Origin: Nitrospirota bacterium
Lineage (GTDB): Bacteria > Nitrospirota > UBA9217
Assembly: GCA_963737155.1 (NCBI GenBank)
Contig: CAVTRN010000001.1
Location: 1,312,001 to 1,376,000 of the forward strand
DNA length: 64,000 nucleotides
Direction: 5' to 3'
Shown: in pieces, positions 1 through 10,002 of the stretch
Layout: each line of letters starts with the position of its first letter
Numbering within the stretch: the stretch's first letter is position 1
Program-made: the position numbers and the translations under genes
Notes under the pieces: model-generated
Database searches by the model: none
The model's input: the letters and a program-made list of their open reading frames with translations, nothing else
What the model was told of the DNA's origin: nothing

Positions 1-1552
1 TGGCGTTCGCCAAGAGAGGAATCGTCTCATGTTTGTTGTTCATAAGCACGCAGCCCGTACTTTGCATTATGATCTCAGATTGGCGCTGGAGGGGGTTTTG
101 AAGAGCTGGGCTGTCCCGAGGGGGCCCTCGCTGGATTCTTCCTTAAAAAGGTTGGCAGTCATGGTTGAAGACCACCCGCTCGGATATAAAGAGTTTGAGG
201 GCGTTATACCGGAGGGCAATTACGGCGCAGGAAGCGTCATCATCTGGGATAAAGGTCTATATCATCATCCTTCTACACGTGACGAAGACGAAAGCGAAAA
301 ACTTCTTTTGGACGGATTCAGAAAAGGGGATATGAAGTTTGTCCTCGAAGGGGAAAAACTTCATGGTGAATTTGCGCTGGTTAAAACAAGAAAGGACGGG
401 AAATCGTGGCTGCTCCTGAAGAAAAAAGATCGAAATGCGACTAAAGGGAACATTCTCAAAGAGAACCGCTCAGTAGTGTCTCATAGAACTCTGGAGGAGA
501 CACTCGAAGCCGATGCCCTAAAATCTTTCAGACAAAAGAAAGTCAACCAAATCCGTGTTGATGAAGCAATAGAAAGCGAAGACCTGAAGGATGTGCCAAG
601 CAAACCTATGCCGCAGGCTATAAAACCGATGCTCGCGATAATGGTCAAGGAACCTTTTGATCATCCCGATTGGATTTTTGAGGTGAAATGGGATGGATAC
701 CGGGCCTTTGCCGAAATTCGTGATAACGCTGTTTCGCTTTATTCCCGGAATGGGATCTCCTTCAATAAAAAGTTCTCTCCTGTTGTCGAGTCGCTTCGGA
801 TATTTGGAATTGACGCAGTTCTGGACGGCGAAATTGTTGTGGCTGACGACCAGGGACGCCCTAATTTTCAGATGCTACAGCATTATGAGGAATCGAGACG
901 CGGTCATTTGCTCTACTACGTTTTTGATATCCTCTATTTTCAGGGACATGATCTGACGAACCTGCCCCTGATCAGGAGGAAAGAACTCTTGAAAAAAATT
1001 CTCCCGATCGGCACAAAAATAAGATTTAGCGATCACGTATGGAAGGAAGGAGTCTTGTTTTACCATGTTTCCAAAGAAAAGGGGTTGGAGGGGATCATCG
1101 CCAAACATTCTCAAAGCGCGTACGAAACGGGAACAAGAAGCCGGAAGTGGTTAAAAGTCAAGACGCGGTTCACGCAGGAGGGCGTGATAGCAGGATTTAC
1201 AGAACCGGGAGGGAGTAGAGAATATTTCGGTGCCCTTGTCCTGGGAGCATTCGAAAGGGACGAGTTGAAGTACATAGGCCATGTAGGAGGCGGATTTACG
1301 ACGAAATATTTGAAGGATATCCGCGAACAATTGGGTCCCCTGATCCGGAAAGAATGCCCCTTTAACGTAACACCGGAGACCAATGCCCCGGTCACTTGGG
1401 TAAAGCCGGAGCTGGTCTGCGAGGTCACATTATCCGGCTGGACTGATGATGCTATCATGAGGCAGCCCGTATTTCTGCGGTTGCGCGAGGACAAAGTCGC
1501 CAGCGAAGTTGTGCGAGAGAAACCACTGACGAGCAGCGAGGGAGGACCGTAA
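1..1552 (+). CDS. ligD: ATP-dependent DNA ligase D (phosphoesterase + ligase/OB domains), possibly 5'-truncated by the window edge
   Basis: PE motifs HYDLRL, SWAVPRGPS, EDHPLGY; ligase motif I EVKWDGYR, EGIIAK, WLKVK. Frame is open to the window start (first ATG at 29). No polymerase domain after the ligase. Confidence 0.9.
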   Translation, partial: GVRQERNRLMFVVHKHAARTLHYDLRLALEGVLKSWAVPRGPSLDSSLKRLAVMVEDHPLGYKEFEGVIPEGNYGAGSVIIWDKGLYHHPSTRDEDESEKLLLDGFRKGDMKFVLEGEKLHGEFALVKTRKDGKSWLLLKKKDRNATKGNILKENRSVVSHRTLEETLEADALKSFRQKKVNQIRVDEAIESEDLKDVPSKPMPQAIKPMLAIMVKEPFDHPDWIFEVKWDGYRAFAEIRDNAVSLYSRNGISFNKKFSPVVESLRIFGIDAVLDGEIVVADDQGRPNFQMLQHYEESRRGHLLYYVFDILYFQGHDLTNLPLIRRKELLKKILPIGTKIRFSDHVWKEGVLFYHVSKEKGLEGIIAKHSQSAYETGTRSRKWLKVKTRFTQEGVIAGFTEPGGSREYFGALVLGAFERDELKYIGHVGGGFTTKYLKDIREQLGPLIRKECPFNVTPETNAPVTWVKPELVCEVTLSGWTDDAIMRQPVFLRLREDKVASEVVREKPLTSSEGGP

Positions 1553-1553
1553 T

Positions 1554-2306
1554 ATGATGAAAATCTATACAGGAACAAGTGGGTTTGCGCATAAGGAATG
1601 GAAAGGAAAATTCTATCCTGAAAAGATCTCGCCCAAGGAAATGCTTCATTCTTATGCGGAACGTTTTAAAACTGTAGAGATCAACAATACTTTTTATCAT
1701 ATGCCCAAAGAGAGTGTGCTCACATCCTGGACAGACCAAGTCCCGAGTGATTTTGTGTTCGCACTCAAGGCGCCTCAGGTCATAACACATATTAAGCAGT
1801 TGATAAATGTGTTTGAGCAGACCGAGTACCTCTTTAAGTCGCTGTCTGTTATGGAGAGGAAACTGGGGCCAATCCTTTTTCAGTTCCCCAAAAGTTTTTT
1901 TGCGAACGTGCGTGTGCTAAAGGATTTTCTCGCACTGATTCCTGGCACTGCGGCCTGCGCATTTGAGTTTCGCAGCCCATCTTGGGTCGATGCTGGCATG
2001 CCAGATCTCCTTCGTGAAAGCGGATGCAGCCTGTGTATCGCCGATACCGATGAGAATCCGGCACAGGAGATCATCAGCACAGCGCAATGGGGGTATTTAC
2101 GCCTGCGCCGTTCAAATTATAGGGATGCCGATCTGTCACAATGGGTGGAAAGAATCTGTTCTCAAAAATGGGAGAAGGCCTTCGTTTATTTTAAACATGA
2201 GGACGAGGCCAAAGGGGCCGAAATGGCAATGCGCTTTCAGGAGTTCGTCGATTCTAGATTAAACAAGGGAAAAAGCAAGATAGGAAAGATACGGAAAGCC
2301 GGCTAG
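1554..2306 (+). CDS. DUF72 (YecE-like) protein
   Basis: GTSGF..W...FYP, VEINNTFY, FALKAPQVITH, LFQFP, FEFR, YLRLR, YFKHE motifs. Confidence 0.9.
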   Translation: MMKIYTGTSGFAHKEWKGKFYPEKISPKEMLHSYAERFKTVEINNTFYHMPKESVLTSWTDQVPSDFVFALKAPQVITHIKQLINVFEQTEYLFKSLSVMERKLGPILFQFPKSFFANVRVLKDFLALIPGTAACAFEFRSPSWVDAGMPDLLRESGCSLCIADTDENPAQEIISTAQWGYLRLRRSNYRDADLSQWVERICSQKWEKAFVYFKHEDEAKGAEMAMRFQEFVDSRLNKGKSKIGKIRKAG

Positions 2307-2489
2307 AGGAGGGCCGCAGAGTAAATTCCGTCATGTCTGCGTAAGCGGGGAACCAGGTTGTTTATTGTTTGCACATTCCCTTCGCGGCCTAAAAAAAAAT
2401 TTTAACCAGTCTAAACTCTTGGTTGTGTGTTGTCCGTTTGAGTGGTGTAAATATGAACTCGCGATTTCCTTCGGGAATTATGCAGGTTT

Positions 2490-3096
2490 AGACGGAATCA
2501 ACAAGAACATGGTTAATTGCTGATAAGTTGTCGCACGCAAACCCGATCATTGGGTAACCATTCTTCTGAATGAGGTGCTGCAATTTTTCGAAATCGATTT
2601 GGGGGCAAGACAACCTTGGGCGAAGACCAGGTGACCGCACTTTTACGGAGGGCCATTTTATCTAGTTTGAGCAGGCCCGTGAATGCGAGTTGCACCATTC
2701 GTACCAGCAGATCGCGCCCGCACTCAAACCCGCAAGCACTGTTCTCTGTTACCCAACTTTGATAAGCAGCTCGTCGATCCCCAGGCGCAGCCACATTATC
2801 ATCATGCGAAGGGCATTGCTTCCTTCGACATAAATCAGATCGACCGACTTGATTTTCCTGGTTGCCGCTACCCGGTCATAGGGGTTTCTATAGAGATGGA
2901 TCTTGTCAGTTTTGCACCATGGCAAAACCCCGTAGAAATGGTCGAACGCCGCGCAATGGCCAACTGGATCGTAGCTTGCAGTGGGTCTGAAGAGCACACG
3001 AGGAGTTTTCTTGCTTGTGGTTTTGACGATATACCTGTCGATCTCAAGTGTCTCCTTCTTCTTCAAACTGTTGCCACAGATGGCAATAATATTCAT
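2490..3096 (-). pseudogene. Peptidase E (S51) pseudogene
   Basis: MNIIAICG...LFRPTAS...DLIYVEGSN, then an in-frame TAA (2749-2751) before TVLAGLSAGAICW (nucleophile motif); a second stop at 2662-2664. 3' end approximate. Confidence 0.75.
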
Positions 3097-3140
3097 AGCT
3101 TCTTTGTCATTCTCCGACTTACCAAAGTAGGGTTTTTTTA

Positions 3141-5093
3141 TCACGTTCTTTTTTCCCCGCCGAACATTTTCACAATATTCTTGACCAAGGCAGGCAGCGA
3201 CGGATCCCGTGCTCCCATGACAAGCACACAGTCTCCTGATCTCGCCTCAGTTTTTAATTCGGTCAATAACTCATCGCGATTCTGAACCGCATGTGCTTTG
3301 AACGCGACGGGGCCAAGACCCTGTATAATGTCTTCTGAAGAAATGTTTTTTTCCACACTGCCTCCTACATAATAGATCGGCAGGAGAAAGAGCGAGTCAT
3401 GTTGCATAAAGGCGGTCTGGAAGGTTGAGATGTATTCATTCTTTAAGAATCGTGTTGAACCGAACCCGTGCGGCTGGTATATGGCAAGAATGCGGTCGGA
3501 AAGACCGCGCGCGGCACTGACGGCAGCCGCTATCTTTGCTGGATTATGAGCAAAGTCGTCGATCACCTGTATGTTCTGATTTGTGCTAGTCACGGAAAAA
3601 CGACGGGCCACTCCCTCATAATTGATAACAGCATCGGCAAGTGCCGTTTGCTCGCATCCAAAATGCTCGCATACGCAGAGCGCCGCATGTAGGTTCTCAA
3701 GATTATGACTGCCAGGGAGTGGTAGGTGATATTCAGTATCTCTTTTAAAAAGCTTGACTGACGTCGGCAGGAGTTCCTCACGATCCCCTCGACACAAGGC
3801 CGAACCATTTTGGCCGAAGCGCTCGGATGCAGGAAGGGAATAAAGGACCGGATCAGCTGCATTCGAAGCAGTCCAGAGAGATTGTGATACAAGTATTTCG
3901 AAAAGTAGTTTTATATCGTCAATACTTTTATGGTCCTTGGAAAGATTCAAGATAACTGCAGCCTCAGGACGGTATTTGACGATGGTTCCGTCGCTTTCAT
4001 CCGCTTCTACGACCAGGAGCTCGGAGCCCCCATTATAGGCATTCCCAATAAGCCCCTGCTTTTCGAGCCTGCGCAGACTGGCGCCGCTTATGAGGGAGGG
4101 CGATTTTCCACAGGCGGTCAGGAATTCGAATATCATTGCTGTCACTGTCGATTTGCCGCTTGTGCCGGCGACGACAATTGTCTTTTTTGTCGTGATGATT
4201 GCGGCGAGCAGATCGGAGCGATGGATGATTGGAACGCCGTGGCTGTGCGCAGCGATGATGTCAGGATTTGATTCTTCTATTGCTGTTGAAACGCAAACAA
4301 CATCGGTATTCGTACCCACACCCGATCCGTCCTGAGGAACGATCGCACACCCAAGCCCTTCCAGTGATTGCCGGAGAGAGGTTGTATCCTCACTTGCCAT
4401 TAAACGATCAGAACCCGAGACCGTGATTCCCTGAAAGCGCAGGTATTGTGCAAGTGCGCTCATGCCGCTTCCGAAAATGCCGGTAAAATGGACGCTGTGG
4501 CATCGGCTTTTGTTGATAACGATGGGAGGAGGATCAATGTAAACGAGCGTCCCTTCCTGGACAGTTTCAAATAACTGGATGATATCGCGATTTCGCATGC
4601 AGACACAACCGTGCGACAGAGGAGTGCCAATGAGGTCCTCCCGCCCGGTGCCGTGGATATAGATATAGCGCTCAAAGGAATCCACACCCGTGCCCTTGTT
4701 GATCCCTTCCTCAAGACCTTCGAGCCGCAGAATGCGGGTCAAGATCAGATTATCTGCAGACAGACTGTGATCCCAGTCAATGCTTGTATCCTCACGGTCT
4801 CTGAAAATACGGCCGACAGGCGCGCCTGATCCAAACTTTTCCTTAATCCAATGCATGCCGAGAGGCGTTTTAAGTGAATTTTCCCGGTTGCCGTTGCCGA
4901 AGCGTGACGTCGAGATGTCGTATCGCTCGACAATGGTATCGTTCGCGCAGACGAGGAGCGTTTGTGCCTCGATGGACACCACGAGATAAAGCTCTTGCGG
5001 GTCTATTAAAAATTTGCGTAATTTTTCGTAAATACGACTTGATCGAGCTGTTTCCATATGAGAAGATGCGTTACTTTCTTTAATATTGTGCAA
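3141..5093 (-). CDS. Fusion of YkuD L,D-transpeptidase/carboxypeptidase domain and MurC/Mpl-family Mur ligase
   Basis: N-part IYIHGT...SHGCVCM; C-part HFTGIFGSGMSALA, AGTSGKST, EADESDG, DDFAHNP; single 650-aa ORF. Confidence 0.85.
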   Translation of the reverse strand: MHNIKESNASSHMETARSSRIYEKLRKFLIDPQELYLVVSIEAQTLLVCANDTIVERYDISTSRFGNGNRENSLKTPLGMHWIKEKFGSGAPVGRIFRDREDTSIDWDHSLSADNLILTRILRLEGLEEGINKGTGVDSFERYIYIHGTGREDLIGTPLSHGCVCMRNRDIIQLFETVQEGTLVYIDPPPIVINKSRCHSVHFTGIFGSGMSALAQYLRFQGITVSGSDRLMASEDTTSLRQSLEGLGCAIVPQDGSGVGTNTDVVCVSTAIEESNPDIIAAHSHGVPIIHRSDLLAAIITTKKTIVVAGTSGKSTVTAMIFEFLTACGKSPSLISGASLRRLEKQGLIGNAYNGGSELLVVEADESDGTIVKYRPEAAVILNLSKDHKSIDDIKLLFEILVSQSLWTASNAADPVLYSLPASERFGQNGSALCRGDREELLPTSVKLFKRDTEYHLPLPGSHNLENLHAALCVCEHFGCEQTALADAVINYEGVARRFSVTSTNQNIQVIDDFAHNPAKIAAAVSAARGLSDRILAIYQPHGFGSTRFLKNEYISTFQTAFMQHDSLFLLPIYYVGGSVEKNISSEDIIQGLGPVAFKAHAVQNRDELLTELKTEARSGDCVLVMGARDPSLPALVKNIVKMFGGEKRT

Positions 5094-5359
5094 TGCTATT
5101 TATATTTTACGACCCCATGAAAAGTCAACTTTTAGCCGGAGACTGGGAGAAAAAAGGTGTGCTGTGCCTACAACAATATAATGGCAGCTGTGTCACATGT
5201 CAAGATGATAGGCAGCATATTTATTATACCAAAGGAGGAATGTTTCATTATTTTACATAAAAAAGCGTCTCTGGCCGTAGTCAAACTGAACCTTTTAAAT
5301 GGTACTCAACAGTTAACTTTTATCTTATATGATATTATATATTGTGATATATTATGTAC

Positions 5360-5600
5360 ATGAAATTAAGCGGTTGGGTAAAACAACTGGGGATTACCTA
5401 TCAAGCTGCATGGAAACGGTGGAAGGCTGGCAAACTTCCTGTTGAGGCTGCACAGATGCCAACCGGCACAAGCATCGTCAAAGAGCAGAAAACCGTTCAA
5501 GGTGCCCTTGCTCTTTATGCCCGGATATCCAGTCATTACCAAAAGAAAGACATGGACGTGCAGCTTGGTCGGCTTTCCGCATATGCCGCTTCTAATGCTC
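5360..5600 (+). mobile_element. IS607-family TnpA (serine recombinase) truncated remnant
   Basis: MKLSGWVKQLGITYQAAWKRWKAGKLP HTH plus ALYARISS..QK.D; similarity is lost after about 80 aa; no tnpB. Confidence 0.75.
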
Positions 5601-5770
5601 TTTTGTCTTTTATGATGCGTAGAACAAATTGCAGGTGCATCGATACGGTTTTCTATGACAATTGAACAATTAAATTATTACCTTGATGTGGGAGATTTCT
5701 ATTTTGATGTGACAGATGATAGGTGGTATATTTTTCACAGATGATGTAAAATGAAACTGAGGTGTAGGGA

Positions 5771-5962
5771 ATGATCATACGTTTACCAAAAACCGTTGAT
5801 TCAGGCGGCTCGGGGAAAGAGTACAAAGTCGCAGAGAACCAAGCGACGCCAGATAGTGAAGAGTCCTGCAGATGTAAGGAAGCCTCGAAAATGACGCCGC
5901 GTGAACTTCTCAGACTCATGATGAGCGACTTGATTTTCTGGAAAAAAACTAAAAAGGGTTGA
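5771..5962 (+). CDS. Small hypothetical protein
   Basis: 63-aa ORF with GAGG upstream, co-oriented with the next gene. Confidence 0.35.
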   Translation: MIIRLPKTVDSGGSGKEYKVAENQATPDSEESCRCKEASKMTPRELLRLMMSDLIFWKKTKKG

Positions 5963-6030
5963 TCTTGGGACCACGCTGCAATGTTCACATGAGATACCGA
6001 GAAAACTGTTCTGAACGGAGAAAATGATCA

Positions 6031-6636
6031 ATGGGTGAAAAGCAGATATTCCAGTCCCTTACCAGGGAAGATAAAATAACGGTTGTACTCTACCGCGTGG
6101 GTATAGTCCTATCCGCAATCTTCATCGCCGGTCTCGCGTGGTTCCTAAGGATAGCATCATCAAATATCAATACTTCACTCATCAGCCCATCATCGGATAT
6201 TCTCACCTATGGGCTCTATATATCTGTCGGGATGAGTGTATTCTTCATTCATCTTTATATAGGCCAGTTCAAAAAATATCTAAGAAATCTATACCTCATT
6301 GGCCTTGCTTGTCTTGTAGCGCTTCTCTTTGTAGGAAAGGGGTCCCCGTCCGGTGCGATCGAGCACCAGCCTTACAGCCTGCTGCTTCTGCTGCCGCTAT
6401 CCGGATGCTTGGGATTTGTGACCGCGAAGGAGGCTTTCTGCTTCCAGCTCTTTGAAGGTTATCTCCTTGCTATGATCATGCCGCTTTATCTGCTCTTGGT
6501 TTCGAGCAGTAGCCTCACAGGTGGTGGCGCATCTTATGGTTTGATTTTGATCGCTGTTGTACTGGTCATTTTCACACTGCGAAAAGCTTTCATGCCCATC
6601 GCTTACGATATTGGCGACAAATCCGCTTATCGCTGA
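6031..6636 (+). CDS. DUF2301 integral membrane protein
   Basis: Multi-TM; YR.G, HLY, KEAFCF, DIGDKS motifs. Confidence 0.75.
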   Translation: MGEKQIFQSLTREDKITVVLYRVGIVLSAIFIAGLAWFLRIASSNINTSLISPSSDILTYGLYISVGMSVFFIHLYIGQFKKYLRNLYLIGLACLVALLFVGKGSPSGAIEHQPYSLLLLLPLSGCLGFVTAKEAFCFQLFEGYLLAMIMPLYLLLVSSSSLTGGGASYGLILIAVVLVIFTLRKAFMPIAYDIGDKSAYR

Positions 6637-7037
6637 CAAAAGGCCGTCCAGGTGCAGATGTGCAGACCTTAATACAGTTTTACTTCGTCTTCTCGCGCAA
6701 TAGCGCTCAAATCCTTCTTGTTTTAACCTCAGTATTCGGATGCTCAGAGTAAATATTCGATTCTTGGTCCAATAATTGATAACGGTTCTATCCCGAGCTA
6801 TGCTTTGACTAAGAGGGCGCTTATCCATATTCGAAATCAATAGTATTGCTAAACTTCGATGGTCCATACAAGGGATGCATTTGGACGAAATCCAGATTCC
6901 TCCGGTACCTGTCCTCGGGGCTTCGCTTATTCGATTATATCGATAGCGGGCTGATCACATGGAAAAGGACCAAGGTAATAGATTCCATGGGGTTGCCCAT
7001 ATCAGATTCCATGCTGTAAAATAAGGGAGGCATTTAT

Positions 7038-7424
7038 ATGATAGCCAACAACGCCGAGGCTCGAAAACAAGTTGCCGTACAATTCCTGCAGCTTGTCGTG
7101 GCAGGCCGCATCGACGAAGCTTACGAAAAGCATGTGGATCTGCAAGGTAAGCACCACAATCCGTCCTTTCCTGCAGGTTTTCCAGCGCTGAAAAAGGCAA
7201 TGATCGAGAATCACATTGAGTTCCCGATCAAGCAGTTTTTTGTCAAGAATGTCCTCAGCGATGGCGACATGGTGGCCGTGCACTCTCACATTGTACTGCG
7301 TCCTGGCGAGACAGGCATGATGGCCGTGCACTTGTTTCGCTTCCAAATTAGCAGGATCGTAGAAATGTGGGACTGCGGTCAGCCTGTGCCGCCTGATTCT
7401 CCGAATAAGGATGGGGTATTCTAG
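7038..7424 (+). CDS. SnoaL-like/NTF2 family protein
   Basis: HHNPSFP, DGDMVAVHSH, VHLFRF...IVEMWD; GGAGG RBS. Confidence 0.8.
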   Translation: MIANNAEARKQVAVQFLQLVVAGRIDEAYEKHVDLQGKHHNPSFPAGFPALKKAMIENHIEFPIKQFFVKNVLSDGDMVAVHSHIVLRPGETGMMAVHLFRFQISRIVEMWDCGQPVPPDSPNKDGVF

Positions 7425-7435
7425 GAGGTAAGATT

Positions 7436-7890
7436 TTGAGAAAAGTGACCGTAACCGAAGACGTAACCCCGATAGGAGTCATGGAAAACCTCGGAGGTGC
7501 TGAAAAATCCGAACACGGTGGCTGAAGCTTTGAATTCCGGAACGAGGAAACAGCGAAGTATAAATTCGATGAACTCATTGCAAGCAGCCTTCTCCTGCTG
7601 GGACGATAGACCTGCTAAAGCTTTAACAAGCCGAGGGAGAAAATACAAAGCTGATCAAAAAAATGTCGCTGCAGGGGTCTCTAAGATGAAGCAACAGCCT
7701 GGTTAGGATGCTTGGTGGCCGTAGCGGAGAACTGGTACGCACGCCTTATGCAACATGACCTTATTGCTGAGTATCGGCTCATGGTTCATCCCGTTGCTCG
7801 GAGCAGTGGCAAGCGTCTTTCCCAAAAAGGGAGGGGAAGGAAGGACTTGAAGCTGATGGGTAAAAAGGATGTTTGCTAAAGGCATTTGTT
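7436..7890 (+). pseudogene. Dihydrofolate reductase/RibD C-terminal family pseudogene
   Basis: AGGAGG then TTG; fragments RKVTVTEDVTPIGVME, KYKFDEL...LLLGR, LMQHDLIAEYRLMVHPV..SGKRL with stops and frameshifts. Confidence 0.65.
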
Positions 7891-7956
7891 TTTAGATTAT
7901 CAAAGACAACAATCAATTGCCATGCGGAGTGGTGCAAATACGCTTAGTAAAATAAT

Positions 7957-7985
7957 TTGACATTATTAAAATGGGGTGCTATTTA
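7957..7985 (+). promoter_or_regulatory. Putative sigma70 promoter
   Basis: TTGACA-17 nt-TATTTA upstream of the DsrE-like gene. Confidence 0.45.
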
Positions 7986-8099
7986 TTGTTATAATTTGCA
8001 AATCGCAATCTGCTCGCCGGTTGTTTTATTAGAATGTCATTCTATGTCATAAGTAGAAGGCACAAAAATCATTGCCTCTTGAAAGGAAATAAACACATA

Positions 8100-8468
8100 A
8101 TGGAAAACAAGGAGTTTGTATTTGTTATCACACACTCGTATGATGCAATTGAGCGCGCGGCTGCGGCTCTTCAACTTGCGACGAACATGGCAGTATTCGA
8201 TGCAAAGATAGACTTCTTCCTAATGAACGAAGGGATTCACTTGGCGAAAAAAGGTTTCGCAGAGTCCGTCACATGGCAGAAGGGATTTTCCCCGGTTGCG
8301 GAGCTTATGAAAAGCTTAGTGGAGGATTTTGACTGCAAGTTTTATATATGCGCATCCTGTGTTAAGACCTACGGTCTTGAAGGCATGGAATGGATAAAAA
8401 ATGCAGAGGTCAAACCGGGTTCCTACTTGGGAGAGCTCCTCATGAAGCGCCAGAATGTCACCTTCTGA
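8100..8468 (+). CDS. DsrE/DsrF-like protein
   Basis: FFLMNEGIHLAKKG, YICASC. Confidence 0.75.
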   Translation: MENKEFVFVITHSYDAIERAAAALQLATNMAVFDAKIDFFLMNEGIHLAKKGFAESVTWQKGFSPVAELMKSLVEDFDCKFYICASCVKTYGLEGMEWIKNAEVKPGSYLGELLMKRQNVTF

Positions 8469-8510
8469 TTGGTGCTCAGCGATATGTACTCCCCCCAAAT
8501 TCGTATTTTT

Positions 8511-9158
8511 TCAGGGACGAGAAATCGTCCCCTCTTTCATGAGCAGCAGTACATCCTCTAGGCGATTTCCCTGTTCCCGGTCGTGAGTGGTCATGATGAC
8601 GGTGGTACGGCCATCGATTTTCATTGCTCTTATGATAGACTCGATGATATCGGTATTTTCCTGGTCCACCGATGCGGTGGGTTCATCAAGGAAAAGGATT
8701 TCGGGCTCGATGGCCAGTGCCCGGGCAATGCCGAGTCGCTGGGTTTCGCCGCTCGAGAGGGTGAGGGCGCGCTGGTTTATTTTATGTTCCAGACCGACAA
8801 AGGCAAGAGCAGTATTGACTTTATGATCGATTTCCCGGTGGGGCATTCCCCGGATGCTCAAGCCGTAAGCGACGTTTTTGTACACAGTCGTATTGAATGC
8901 CCCGGTCCGGGAGAGCACGAGTGTTATCCTTCTCCTGAGTAAAAGATTCTGCTGCAAAGGCACCTTGCCGTCAAAAAAAGCAATATCGCCTCCATCCCTA
9001 TTTTCAATCAAAGCGCAGATTCTCAGAAACGTGGATTTACCGCATCCGTTCGGCCCCATCAAGACGTAGGTGCCTCGGCTGTCAAAGGAGGCGGAGCAAT
9101 CGCGAAGAATAGCTTTCCCCCCGTATTCCTTTCTGATATGAGAGACAATGAGCTTCAT
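8511..9158 (-). CDS. tupC: Tungstate ABC transporter ATP-binding protein
   Basis: GPNGCGKST, LSSGE, FLDEPT; downstream of tupAB. Confidence 0.8.
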   Translation of the reverse strand: MKLIVSHIRKEYGGKAILRDCSASFDSRGTYVLMGPNGCGKSTFLRICALIENRDGGDIAFFDGKVPLQQNLLLRRRITLVLSRTGAFNTTVYKNVAYGLSIRGMPHREIDHKVNTALAFVGLEHKINQRALTLSSGETQRLGIARALAIEPEILFLDEPTASVDQENTDIIESIIRAMKIDGRTTVIMTTHDREQGNRLEDVLLLMKEGTISRP

Positions 9159-9181
9159 AAGCTAAAGCAAGGGGCAAAGGG

Positions 9182-9877
9182 CTATGCCGCTCCTCTTTTT
9201 TGCACTGCATGAAACGCCATGTTGATGATGAATGACATTAGCAACAGTATGATGCCAAGGGCAAGAGCTAGTTCGAAGTTCCCCTTGTCCGTTTCAAGCG
9301 CTATGGTAGTCGTCATGACACGGGTGTAGCCCGCGATGTTGCCGCCTACGATCAGGATGGAACCCACTTCCGCGCTGACCCTCCCGAAAGCCGCAATAAC
9401 GGCGGAAAGGATGCCATGGCGCGCTTCCCGGATAAGGGCCGTCGTTTCCTGCAGTGGTGTTGCACCGAGGGTGCGTGCCGCCTGTCTGATGATGGGGTCT
9501 ATGCTCACGATGGCGGAGTAGCAGAGGGCGGACACGATCGGGACCGCAAGAATCGTCTGGGCGATAATCATGGCTGACGGAGTATAAAGCAAGCCGAGGA
9601 ACCCTAGAGGGCCTCGCCGGGAAAGTGCGAGATAGACAAAGAGACCAATCACGACTGGTGGGAGCCCCATGAACGTATTCATCAAACTGACAGTGAGATC
9701 TCGTCCCGGGAATTTATTTAGTCCCACAATCGCGCCGAAGGGCAGACCGAGAATGGTTGCGAACAACAGGGCAAGGCCGGACACCCTAAGGGACAGGGAA
9801 AAAATGCCGAGGAGCTCGGGATTAAGGTTGAGGATGAGGTTGAAGGCTTGTATGAATCCGCCGAGGAGAGAGTCCAT
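9182..9877 (-). CDS. tupB: Tungstate ABC transporter permease
   Basis: MGLPPVVIGL, FGRVSAEVG..IVGGNI..TRVMTT. Confidence 0.9.
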   Translation of the reverse strand: MDSLLGGFIQAFNLILNLNPELLGIFSLSLRVSGLALLFATILGLPFGAIVGLNKFPGRDLTVSLMNTFMGLPPVVIGLFVYLALSRRGPLGFLGLLYTPSAMIIAQTILAVPIVSALCYSAIVSIDPIIRQAARTLGATPLQETTALIREARHGILSAVIAAFGRVSAEVGSILIVGGNIAGYTRVMTTTIALETDKGNFELALALGIILLLMSFIINMAFHAVQKRGAA

Positions 9878-10002
9878 ATGATTCTGACAGGCCGCAGCTT
9901 TCCGCAGAAAAAGAAAGGATCAAGCAGCAGGTTATCAAATTGGGAGAACGTGTCGCCTCCTGTCTGATCTCGGGCCTTGGCAGTTCCTCACTTTCACTTG
10001 AA

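Noticed and set aside
2749-2751. In-frame stop in peptidase E as possible recoding
   Set aside because: The codon is TAA and further lesions follow; simple decay explains it. No Sec/Pyl candidate was seen elsewhere.
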